DNA of 63,889 bases, counting the filler, from Octopus bimaculoides (taxonomy: Eukaryota): assembly GCF_001194135.2 (NCBI RefSeq). It is 5 parts of 3 records of this genome, joined end to end, with 100 filler letters (N's around TTAATTAATTAA, not from the genome) between each part and the next. Parts side by side here need not be neighbours in the genome. Positions count along the whole stretch, not along the records: positions 34,765 to 43,009 come from NC_068981.1; positions 43,110 to 62,148 come from NC_068981.1; 3 more parts are not named here. One strand, written 5' to 3'. A program made the translations under genes and the position numbers. Positions 40,803-52,922 of the stretch are shown here, piece by piece; position 1 is the stretch's first letter, and each line of letters opens with the position of its first letter. The notes under the pieces were generated by a model. The model ran no database searches and was not told where the DNA came from. It saw nothing but the letters and a program-made list of their open reading frames with translations.

Positions 40803-41270
40803 CTAGTGAGCAAGACTTTTGGCAATATGCTGTGCTTGAGAAGACCCGTGGCTGATGTCAGTGTCATGTAATTGGCACCTGTGCCGGTGGCACATAAAAA
40901 GCACCTTCCGAGCATTGAGCCTCATGGAGGCAAAGTGGATACTGCCGGTGGCTTGTGAAAAGCTCCTTTCGAGTGTTGGGCTTTGCAGATGCAATGACCA
41001 AGGCCTTTGGCAATATGTCAAGCTTGAGAAGAAGACCCATCAAGCCAGGTAAAATTGCAGTCGTGGCAGATGACACATAAAAGCATCCATCGCACTCTCA
41101 GAGTGGTTGGCATCAGGAAAGGCATCCCGCCTTAAAAAACCATGCCAAATCAGACTGGAGTCTGGTGCAGCCTACCAGATTGCCAGCCCTGATCAAGCCG
41201 TCCAACCCATGTCAGCATGGACAATGGACACTAAATGATGATGATGATGATGATGATGATGACGACGATG
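40803..41270 (+). mobile_element. SINE-like family C with (GAT)n tail
   Basis: Ends ccaacccatg..agcatgga...aaatgatgatgat. Other copies at 36068-36400 (-), 38222-38420 (-), 42903-43009 (-) and 62249-62510 (+). Confidence 0.8.
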
Positions 41271-41823
41271 ACGTATTAATTTAACTCTTTAGCATTTAAG
41301 CTGGTCACATCTGGCTGAAATATTCTCCCTGTTTAACGTTAAAACTACCCAGATCCAGCTTCTAACCCTAACCCTACAATGTCGTTCTAAGAATAAACAA
41401 TCACATCATTGAAATCATAAAGCTTTGAGATGATGCATGATTTGTCCGAAACAATTTGGATAAATAAGCAGAATAATCTGAACGCTAAAGAGTTAAAATG
41501 ATTAATGACACAAATGCTGGATATTTGTATAATTGAGGCAATCGAAGAAAAAGTGGATGTGGGTAGGGCATCCCATTTGATGTGATGCATTTACCCATTC
41601 ATGCCGATCGTCCGTTTAAACTGACAATTTATGAGGGTATAAAACAAATATTTGATACAAATTGTGAATTGTGTATGATCTGTATCAAACGGATTTCAAT
41701 GAAATTTTTTTTCAGTTGTTATTTAGGTCAAAATAATAGAATATGTGAATTTTCAAGCAATTCCATTCACCAGAAAAATTTAGGCATGAATGGGTTAAAA
41801 CAGAACAAAGTTATGATACTTAC

Positions 41824-41964
41824 ATCGGGTTCCATGGCATACAACTGAACGACATTATTGTGACACAACATTTTAAGGACAGCGAATTCGCGACGTTGTA
41901 TCAGCATCGTTCTGGAGTCCGATGGCTGAGAAAATACTTTCACTGCTACTTCTTCCCCATTGCA
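41824..41964 (-). CDS. TBK1: TBK1/IKK-epsilon-like kinase exon (subdomains II-IV): CNGEEVAVKVFSQPSDSRTMLIQRREFAVLKMLCHNNVVQLYAMEPD
   Basis: Acceptor ttttacag| and donor |gtaagt; 141 nt, phase 0-0. Has the VAVK lysine and the alphaC RREF glutamate. Aligns to the human TBK1 exon KTGDLFAIKVF...LFAIEEE with the same boundaries. Confidence 0.92.
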
Positions 41965-42132
41965 CTGTAAAATATAGAAATGCATGGATATATGAGGGCC
42001 TGCTGCGAAGTTCTTGGCTTTGGGTAAAAGAAAATACAGGAGGATCAGTCAATTACGATTTTATTCAACATATTCCCCTCTCAGATTCACACACTTATTG
42101 CAGAAGTCCTTCAGTTTTTCTAATACTGTTCT

Positions 42133-42505
42133 GTATTTTAGAGATGAGGAATTCTGTTAATTATTTACATTGGACAGATATGTGTCCTCATCTTGTTTGT
42201 TGTTACCACAACATTTCGGTTGATTTACTCTCCAGCCTTCATCATGTGTCCTGGTAGAATTTTAAACCTAACCCTGGGCTCTTATTCCTAAGGTTTTTTT
42301 TTTGCTGATATTATTATTATTATTATTATTATTATCATTTATTCAAGGCACTGCCTGGAATTGAACTCGGAACCTCGGGGTTAGTAGATTACATTATGTG
42401 CCTGTGGGCCTGATGAAGGCTGGAGAGTAAATCAGCCGAAACGTTGTGGTAACAACACACAAGATGAGGACAAATATCCATCCAATGTAAATACTGTAAA
42501 TAAAG
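42133..42505. mobile_element. tRNA-headed, hammerhead-bearing element, head-to-head inverted pair (copy B)
   Basis: Truncated reverse head at 42345-42387; hammerhead motifs at 42205-42250 (-) and 42410-42448 (+). Confidence 0.8.
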
Positions 42506-42849
42506 TTTTTCTAAGCCCTGTAAAAGAACTCGGAAGGTTGGGCCTCCAACCAGGCCTTTTGTGATACACTTAAAGCCTGCAACTTTTCAGCATTCCCTCA
42601 TATACAAATCAAGACAGGTGAATGGAAAATTCTTTCGTAATATTTATTACAGTGAATAAATGATACCAAAGGGGAGGAGATTAAGTCGATTACATTGACC
42701 CCAGTGCATAAATGATACTAAGTTAAGTGACCCCGAAAGGATGAAAGGCAAAGTTGACCTCGGTGGAATTTGAACTCAGATCGTAGGAGCAGACAAAATA
42801 TCGCTAAGTATTTCACCTGGCATGCTAACGATTCTGCCAGCTTGTCGCC

Positions 42850-42902
<53 letters not shown>

Positions 42903-43192
42903 CATCATCATCATCATCATCATCGTTTAACGTCCGCTTTCCATGCTAGCATGGGTTGGACGATTTGACTGAGGACTGGTGAAACCGGATGGCAACACCA
43001 GGCTCCAGTNNNNNNNNNNNNNNNNNNNNNNNNNNNNNNNNNNNNNNNNNNNNTTAATTAATTAANNNNNNNNNNNNNNNNNNNNNNNNNNNNNNNNNNN
43101 NNNNNNNNNTATATATATATATAACATTTATATTATCACTTAATTGAACGCCACACATCCTTTTCCAAGTAAGTATATATATAAATATATAT

Positions 43193-43227
<35 letters not shown>

Positions 43228-44484
43228 CATATACACACACATTTATATATACATGTGTATATATAAATGTATATATATATTTATACGGACAATATAAATC
43301 GTCAGCGATTTGAACAATTTTAAGAAGTTTAAAATTGTCTTCTGAAGTCCCCCAACCCCCACCTGCTCTCTGCCCCATGAGAAACTCTAATTTAAAAGTG
43401 TCCTTCTTTCAATTAGATTTTACTTAATTTGAGGGAGATTTGGCTGCTGTGTTTTCCACCGTTTTAAGTTGGTGTTTACATTATATAATGAAAATTTGGC
43501 TGCTCTTTCTGGCAGCGTCGAGCGAAATCTCAGTGGCTCCCTGTATTATTGGGTTAGCATTCCCTCATTTTGTTGATAGAAGCTCCCTCGTTTGCTTTAG
43601 AAAGTAACGATTATATTTTTAAGTAGGCGAGCGAAAGTGGTTTGAACAAGAGGAGATAAATCAAGCGGAAGGAAGTATGAAGCGGCGATGGAGTTTCGAC
43701 AATAATATTCACTTATGAATAATAACAGAAGACTGCTCAGGGCATTGAAATAAACTCTTGCTACATTAGACTATCAATTAGTTATTTGTAGTACTTGACA
43801 ATTATTGTTGCGAATTTATTGACCATTCAGGTTTCCGTGCATAAATACGTAATTAATGATGAAACGCAAAATAATCATCAATTTGTTACAAAAATAGCGT
43901 CAGAATTTGAAACGATTTCACACTGCTGAGAAAAGAGTGATGAAACGAGAAATGAATAAAAAAAAAAAAAAAGAAAGCGAAGAAGAGAAGGAAAGGATAC
44001 GTCCTTGTGGAGAATGCAAAATGGTCTGTGTGGCTGTGTGGTAATAAGTTTACTACTNNNNNNNNNNNNNNNNNNNNNNNNNNNNNNNNNNNNNNNNNNN
44101 NNNNNNNNNNNNNNNNNNNNNNNNNNNNNNNNNNNNNNNNNNNNNNNNNNNNNNNNNNNNNNNNNNNNNNNNNNNNNNNNNNNNNNNNNNNNNNNNNNNN
44201 NNNNNNNNNNNNNNNNNNNNNNNNNNNNNNNNNNNNNNNNNNNNNNNNNNNNNNNNNNNNNNNNNNNNNNNNNNNNNNNNNNNNNNNNNNNNNNNNNNNN
44301 NNNNNNNNNNNNNNNNNNNNNNNNNNNNNNNNNNNNNNNNNNNNNNNNNNNNNNNNNNNNNNNNNNNNNNNNNNNNNNNNNNNNNNNNNNNNNNNNNNNN
44401 NNNNNNNNNNNNNNNNNNNNNNNNNNNNNNNNNNNNNNNNNNNNNNNNNNNNNNNNNNNNNNNNNNNNNNNNNNNNNNNNNNNN

Positions 44485-44525
<41 letters not shown>

Positions 44526-44544
44526 AGTAATGTTTATCGCCACT

Positions 44545-45820
44545 TCACCATAGCTGTCTCGTGGGCTCTGACGTTACTACCACTTTAGCCTCAGGCGGAC
44601 ACCTCCTCCAACTGGTTAACTGATTGTTCGATGCAATCTGCACTCGATATATATTGCAAGCAGGGGAGAGAAGAAATATCAGTAACGTCAGTTCCTGCGG
44701 AACAGCCATGTTGGAATGGCGATAAGCATTATTTCTCTGTGTAGTTACTACTTTCATGTCCTACAGAGATTGTCTAACTTGCTAATTTGCTTATTGCAAG
44801 TTCAGTGACTGGTTGGCCTTTATTTTATCTATATTGGAGCTGGAACGAACTACTGCTATCTCTAGCAAGCGGGTATCCACAACCAAGGATGAGCACAAAT
44901 TGCTTGAAACCGTACGGTCTGGTGGTCCTGTTGCTGGAAGATGGTAGGGGTTCGCTCCCTTGCTTGCAACATATAGGGCTTTCCTATAAGTAGGTTATCT
45001 CCCTTGGCTAGGCGGCGCTCCATGTAGATAATTAAACTTCCGGAGACTACCCACGCCATTGTTATTGTTTTACGTCTTATCATGGATATAAAGCAGCTTG
45101 ATGATTCAGCTATCGAAGTACTTACTGTGCCTGAGTTAAAGAAATATTTAAGATTATATGGACAGTATGTTACTGGAAGAAAGGCGGACTTGACTGAAAG
45201 GTTGAAAGGAATAAAAATTCTGTCGATGAAGAATGTCAACAAAGTAAATTCATCGGACGATAAGTCTGAAGTATCGGACGATACTTCAGACAGGAATAAG
45301 CAGAAGCTTATATCTCCTCTCGGTGAAGTATTGCCTGATCTAAAGATCTTTGTAAGTTGCCGAATTTCACAGATAATGACATAATTACCTCGTGCTACGG
45401 ATGAAAGCAAAGCAACAGTTAAGGAGTGGCATATTTTACCACGACAGACACGTACACAGCATCGAATACCACGATGTGAGTGAAAGCTGCTCTCACTGTA
45501 TTGTCCGGTGTCTGGTAATCCCTTCAATGCCGACATCAAACCAAAAAAAGAATCCTGACCACAGAGTGTGGGCAATCATGTCAAAGGTCTCTGGCAATAT
45601 GCATTCAGCTGATTGCAACTGCTAAAGCAAGTCACTGAGCATGCATACATGTCATACGGGAGAGTTCCAATCAGGGGTGGATAACAACCTTATAGGAACC
45701 CCCTATATCGGGTGCAGATTGCATCGAAAAACCAGCTGTTCCTACTACGGAACAATCATGTTGAAATGGCGATAAACATTACTATTCAGTATAGTTACTA
45801 ATTTCATCTCATAGATGAAC
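44545..45820 (+). mobile_element. DNA-transposon-like remnant encoding SAP domain and SWIM-like zinc finger
   Basis: LTVPELKKYLRLYGQYVTGRKADLTERL is a SAP motif. After a frameshift, HRVWAIMSKVSGNMHSADCNC* resembles the SWIM N-terminal half. Flanked by direct and inverted repeats. Confidence 0.6.
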
Positions 45821-46120
45821 ATAACAAAGGGAAACAATGTAATTATTTTGGTTTCTAGTACTGATGTAAATTGTGCTAAAGAAAATGGTTTATCCTTTAT
45901 ATTGGAAATCTATGTGGTCGTCTGCGTCTGAGGAGAGCGGTTTTTCAATTTGACATAATGTTTTCATTGATCGATTAAATGGAGCCGCTTGAAACAGCCG
46001 TAATGCTTTGATGCCTGGACATTTTTGTTGCTCATTTGCTTTGGACACAATTTTTTTTTTTTTTTTACATATATTGTCCCATCCAGTATAATTTTTTTTT
46101 CTTTTTTATTTGCGTGGACT

Positions 46121-46325
46121 AAGGTGGTAAGCTGGCAGAATTACTAGCACGCTTTGCAACATTTCGTCCCTTTTTACGTTCTGAATTCAAATTCCACCGA
46201 AGTCGACTTCGCCTTTCATCCTTTCGGTGTCAATAAAATAAGTACCAATCGAGCACTGGGGTCGATGTAATCGACTTAACTCCTCCCACCAAAATTCCTG
46301 GCCTTGTGCCAAAATTTGTACCCGA
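46121..46325 (+). mobile_element. SINE family B with 14-bp target-site duplication
   Basis: TSD tatttgcgtggact at 46107-46120 and 46326-46339. Confidence 0.88.
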
Positions 46326-48442
46326 TATTTGCGTGGACTGGTGATCCTTCTGTTAAATCTTTAAGGACATTACTAAAGAAAGTGAGAACTTATATAATAT
46401 TAGTTTCAGATTTTAGCTCAAGACCAGCAATTTCGGGCAAGCGGGAAAGTCGATTACATCGACCTCACTGAACAACTGATACTTATTTTATCGAGCTCTG
46501 AAATGATGAAAGGTAAAATTGAACATGGCAGAATTTGAACTTAGAACGTAAAGACATGAAATGGTGCTAAGCATATTGTCCGGTGTGCTATCGATTCTAC
46601 CACCTCACTGCCTCAAAGGACTTATGCACTATTATCCAATACATTTATAATATTGGACCTCAGCACATTATCCTGTTTCTGCTCACTCTTAACGTAATAA
46701 CCTTCGTGTGCATATTCCAGTCACGACGAAGAATTTTTCAAAATTTTTCAATGTGTTCAAAATAGTATTATACCTGGTTAAAATAATTCACATTTGCTGC
46801 TCCTGTTTTGCACTCACAACGCCCCAAAGGGGACATTGCTGACCAGGTTAAGTATCATTGATGTAAACATTGAAATGAATCCAAACTTTGCAAGTTACAT
46901 TGCTGCTATGATGAACCTCGAGAAGAAACATTAAGATAGGTAGGTAAACTATCATATCGATGATCAACAACAGAAGCAACCAATATATGAATAGGCACCA
47001 ATAATGATCGAGGACTTGTACTTTGTTTTCAGTTATGGGATGTATTTAGTGAAGTAGAAATAATGCTACTCATAATTGTCGATTAATTCCAAATGGAGGT
47101 AGAAGAGGTATTTTGAAACAGTCCGTATATGTTTAAGTAAAGGCCTGGAAGGAAGAAATAAACAAGAGATTTCCTGTCTCGCTGCCTTTTGTGTTCAAAT
47201 ATTTATAATTATGTTTATGATCATGAAATTATTTACAACTTTAAAGGTTCCATACCTAAATATGAATGTCTTAGAAGGAGGTTGGCTCTGTAATATTTAG
47301 CAGTCATGCACACGGACATCGCCAGCTTGCATCATGTTTTGTTGTTTTTTGTGGGAGGGAAGTATTGCTGGAAGCTGCTAAAATCAGAGGGCTATCAAGC
47401 TGAAGAGAAATGGATGCATAGGTTTAAAGAAGATAGAAAAGAGGAGGATATAAGGTAGAGAGAGCAGAGAGAGAGAGAGAGAGAGAGATAAAAGACTACA
47501 TTGAGGAAACTTTGAGAAAAAAATATTGCGTATTTTGTTTGATTTGTACAGCGAGCACTTCCCGCTGACAGTGTTCAACTTGTGCTGAGTTCGACCCTAA
47601 TAGACTTCAGTAGAATATTCTATTCTCTTTCGTCTTTTAATCTTACCGCCTCTATTAAACCTTTTTCTTCTTCCCTTTCTTATTTTGTCTAAGAAGAGTA
47701 AATGAGGAGAAAGCAACGAGCAAAGTTGAGGGTGGGCGGTGAAGCATAGGGTGTGAATAAAAGCAGTACAGAGAGGGATATTTTGAAGTGGAAACCTGTA
47801 TCATAAAAGAAAGCTTTTAGTTGCATATATGCGAAACAAAACACAACAAAAGAGTGCAGTGGAGGGGCAAGCAGTTAAAATGGGAGAATAAACAACGAGT
47901 AAAGTAAGGTCAGGCGAAAGATGCAAAGAGGAAGGTAAGAAGGATGAAAAGAAGGAAAGAAGGGTCATGTTTTCATTGAGATTTTCTGTTGTATTCAAAG
48001 TTTGATGGAAAATAGGTAGCTTTGAGTCAAGAGCTTCTAGGGTACTTCAGAAAACAAATTTAACCTCTATCAATTCTTTCTCCGTCTATATACAAGGAGG
48101 GATGGTATGTTATGTGTGTTTTGTGTCTGGGTGTATATGCGTATATATGAACATATACATATACATTCCTACCAACATACATACATACATTCTCCCTCTG
48201 AGATTCTTTAGGTCAATATATACATCGACAGCTCAACCAGCACACCAGCTCAACTACACATTTACAAACACCGGGAAGTCTCTTAACTCAAAAAGTCTTA
48301 TCGCTTGAAATGCCACATTTTTTCAAGTCTTTATATTTACTGATCTTGTCAAATTCTTTCGCCTCTATATTATAATCGCAAGGAATACTCATGTCAATTA
48401 ATAAATACATCTTCTTTGTCTGATCTTTTATGATAATATCCG

Positions 48443-48443
<1 letters not shown>

Positions 48444-48541
<98 letters not shown>

Positions 48542-48563
48542 GCTGTTGTTGTTGTTGTTGTTG

Positions 48564-48633
<70 letters not shown>
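48444..48633 (+). repeat. Compound microsatellite (TTA)n(TTG)n(TTA)n
   Basis: Direct reading; abuts the 3' end of the R4/Dong element. Confidence 0.95.
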
Positions 48634-48635
48634 CA

Positions 48636-51600
48636 TTGCCTTTGCACAGCTTCTAACGCTGGAGATGTACTGCGATGTCAGCTGTTCACTACCAATGAAC
48701 TAAGGTAACACCTCTTATTTTTCGAGCACCTTCCGGAGTATTCGGGCGGTTCCAAGCAGTGCTGTTTTCTGTAAGTGCTCCACCCTTATTGCAGTCTCTA
48801 TTTGTTCCACGTACTTCTCGAGATTTTTGCTCACTGTTCCCAGGGCTCCGACAATTATTGGTACTACTGCTACCTTTTTCATCGACCACAACTGCTTAAC
48901 CTCCCAAGCCAACCTGTCATATCTCTCGACTTTTCTTTCTTCCTTGTCGCATGCCTTGTTGTCAGCTGGGCATGCTCTGACTATGATCAGGCAGAGTTTG
49001 TTTTCCTATGTCTGGCTTCCTATTCTCTATCTCATGGCCGCACTGAATGATAAAATCCCATAGGTTCTTTGCATTTTTATTTTCGACGATGCCTTCTTGT
49101 TTGTGGTCGTACCAATTTTTGCTCTGTCAAGTCCATACTTGCTGCAAAGTGTTCAATGAACAAGCCTGGTTATATTGTCGTGGCGTCTCTTATATTCCTT
49201 CTGGGATGGTGGCGTACATTGGCTGGTAATATGCCATACGATTTCACCATTTTGTCCACAGATTCTGCACTTATCATCACTTTCTGATGTATTGTCTACT
49301 CTGTATTTTATGTAGTTTGTTATTAATGCTTGTTCTTGGGCAGCACAGATTAGAGCCTCCGTTTCCGGTTTCCAGCCATCTTTTTTCTCTGTCTGTCTTA
49401 TCTTCAACATCCCTATGAAATTAACCATGCATTCTTTCTTTACCCACCTATTTTTAGTTTCATTCGTTTTCAATTTCTTGTAAAGTGCTTTATCTTTGCA
49501 ATCTTTCATCCTACACAAGCTTGACCTTCTTACTTCTAATAATAACGGTTCTGTGGCATTTTTTACATACCATGCTATGTTATTTTCTTCTGCTCTAATG
49601 CAGCGTTCGCATCCAGTAAGTCCTCTTCCCCCTCTTTTTCTTGCTGCATACAGTCTGTCTGTGTCACTTTCTGGGTGGAGTAACCCATATCTAGTTAGCA
49701 ACTTCCTTGTCTTTCTGTCTATGCTGTTTAGTTCATCTACTGTCCATGCGATTACTCCTGCTCCATATCTAAGGAGTGAAACCGCCCAGGTGTTGATAGT
49801 TTCAATCTTATTCCGTCCGTTTAATTTTGACTTAAGTCTACGCAAGTACTCCACCTTAAATTTTTCTGTCATTTCTCTCTCTATCAATTTATCCATTTCC
49901 CAAATCCCCAAGTACTTATAGCCCGTCTCTTCTATCTCCTTCATAACCTCCCGCGACGGTATCGTTAGCCCATCCATACATTTGATTTTGCTTCTCTTTC
50001 AAGACTAACAAACCACACTTTCTCAGTCCGAACTCCATTCTGATATCAGCACTGAAGGCATACACCGTATCAACGAGGGAACTGACTTGGGCTTCATCTT
50101 TACCATAAAGTTTGAGGTCATCCATGAATAACAAATGGTTGACTTTTTGTTAGCGGCTTTTGAATACATACCCAGCTTTTGCTTTTCTCAGAATCAGTGT
50201 TAGTGGTATCAAGCACAGTACAAAGATCAGTGGGGACAGGAAGTCTCCTTGGAAGATGCCCTCCTAATTTCTACTGTTCCTAAACTTCTTCCGTATGCTG
50301 CCAAGTCCGTCCTCCAATTCGCCATACTTTTCCCAAGCAATCGCTCAACATTCAATACAATACCAAATAGGTTCATGCATTCCATAATCCAAGAATGTGG
50401 GATCATATCGCACGCCTTACGGTAGTCGATCCATGACATGGCTAAGTTAGTTTTCCTCCTCTTGCAGTCTCTAAGTACAGTTTTGTATATCAGGAGTTGA
50501 TCCATTATACCTCTGCACCTACGCTTGCAACCCTTCTGCTCATGTGGCAGAACTCCATTTTTTTCCAGATGTTCGTACATTGAATCTGCGAGTATTCCAG
50601 TCAATAATTTCCACATAAGTGGCAAACAAGATATCGGTCTACTGTATTGCCTTCTTCGATGTTTTTCAAGCACAGCACTGTCCTACCCAATGTCAACCAC
50701 TCTGGTGTTACTTGGTCGGCATTTAACAAGGTGTTGAGTTGCGCAGCTATTCGTGCATGACGTTCACCAAATCTTTTGATCCAGTAGCCTTGAACTCCAT
50801 CTGGTACCGAAGCCTTCCAGTTGCTCATCTTTTGCCTGATTTCCTTCACTTCCCAAACTTAAATGACTAGTTCTGCCTGTTTTGGACAGACTACTGTTTG
50901 TTTCAGTTCTTGCAATGATTCAGAATCTTTCTTGTGCTCCTTGTCTTTGCTCCAGATGTCACTCCAAAACCTTTGACTTTCAATGTTATCTGGCATCAAC
51001 TTTTCATCTGTACACTCTCCATTTATTTCCTTATAGAATCTATTCTGATCTACTCTGAATAACCTATTCTGGTGGTATCCCTTCATTCTTTGGTCGTATC
51101 TTACCCTCTTTGCTTTCTTGGCAACTGGGTGCTGTTTCAGTTACTCCATCACCACTTTCAGGCCCTTTCTTTCAATATTATACTTCCTTTTCAGCATTCT
51201 GTATTTTTGTTCGCATTTAAGCTCCCCTCTCTCTTTTCGGATTAACACAGAGATTTCCTTCAAGAGCATATCCAACCCTCCCTGTATTCTTCTTTTCGAC
51301 CATGGATCTTTTCTTTTTTTTTTGTCACTCCCATTATAGTTCTTTTTCTTGACATCAACACCCACGTTTTCTGCTACAACAATACTTGCTGCCTTGATCA
51401 AATTATTTGTTTCTGTAATGTTGTTTGTTCTGATGTATTTCAGAACTTCATTGACATTTTTCGTTTCTTGGTTCAATTTCCATCAATCAACCTTTTTAAG
51501 GTTGTAAATAATGTCGCTATCGTTCCCCTCTAGCCTTGCCTTTATTCTGTCGTAGATTGCCTTTTGTTCATCTGTCATGTCACCATTAGTTTTATTGTCT

Positions 51601-52200
51601 TCTTTTAGATCATCTATTTGTCTCTCATCAAGTAAACTACCACTGTCCCTTTCCTGTGCTATGAGATTGCTCTTATTAGTAAGAACTGTAATTTCATCGT
51701 TACCTCTGCTGGTATTTTCCAAGACCCGTCTTTCGGTAGCTTCGAGCTCTACTTCTGTGAACCAACTATTTTTTCTTATTGCTCAAGCTTGACCACATAG
51801 TCTCTGTTCCGTGAGTTGAAACAATCCCTTTTCTCTCCAATGATTATACATACGTTGTCGGTAACCCCTAATCTGAGCACCATTTTCATCTACCGTGCTG
51901 CTCAGGTAGTAACACCTCATCATTAATTTGCTTGCTCCATTTACGCCGTGTGTGGTGGTCCCTTTCTGGATATCGACAGGCTGGAGCTGGACTAGAATCT
52001 CTGAGCCTGCCGGGCGGAACACTGGCACCATCATTGGCTTCAGTTTCATTACTACCGTTATTTACAATATTCTGTTTTGTCATTGTCACTGATATGAAGT
52101 AGCGATTATCAGGTTGCGCAATTACTAGTGTTTCTATTGTGACACCATCACTAGATGCATCATTAATCAGTCCAGTGGGCTCCATCCCTTTCCTTCGATA
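48636..52200 (-). mobile_element. Near full-length decayed R4/Dong-type non-LTR retrotransposon (RT + CCHC + REL endonuclease)
   Basis: N-terminal RCYYLS...RGYRQRMYNHW..TEQRL; NWKASVPDGVQGYWIK; [16 protein letters not shown]; HLLFMDDLKLY; CRICGQNGEIVWHITSQC; C-terminal VVPIIVGALG...LQKTALLGTARILRKVLE. The 3' end abuts (AAT)n. Many frameshifts. Confidence 0.92.
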
Positions 52201-52489
52201 ATTATTATTATTATCATCATTGATATCACTGACATTATTGTTTTCATGTGTAGTAGCAGCAGTGGTTGCAGCAACAGCAACAGCAACAGTAGCACGGGTG
52301 GGGGGTAGTGGCAACGGTGGTACCTAGACCTCAGATTCCTGTGCTATCCTAATAGTAGTGTTTGTAGCATTAGCAGCTGCAGCATATTATTATTATTTCT
52401 ATTTCTATCATTATCACCATCACCACCACTACCATTGTTATTATCATTATTACTATTTCCATTTATTAGTAAAAGATTTTATTAAATGT

Positions 52490-52868
52490 TCTTTACGTTA
52501 TTTACATTATTTACAATTGACGGATATTTGTCCTCATCTTGTTTGTTGTTAACACAACGTTTCGGTTGATATACCCTCCAGCCTTCATCAGGTGTCTTGG
52601 AGAAATTTCTCATTCCTTGGGTTCTCCTTCCTAAGGTATTTTTTCTTCTTCTTCTTCTTCTTCTTCTTCTTCTTCTTCTTCTTCTTCTTCTTCTTCTTCT
52701 TCTTCTTCTTCTTCTTCTTCTTCTTCTTCTTCTTCTTCTTCTTCTTCTTCCGTGGGCATATGGCTTAGTGGTTAAGAGTATTATTATTATTCAGGTCACT
52801 GCCTGGAATCGAACTCGGAATCTTGGGGTTAGCAGCCCGCGCTCTTAACCACTACGGCAATTATGGAA

Positions 52869-52922
<54 letters not shown>

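Noticed and set aside
52751-52857. Possible tRNA-Ser gene (CT-GCT-AA loop with A and B boxes)
   Set aside because: No acceptor stem or long variable arm, the anticodon varies between copies (GCT/ACT), and it is embedded in a repeat; it is a SINE-type head.
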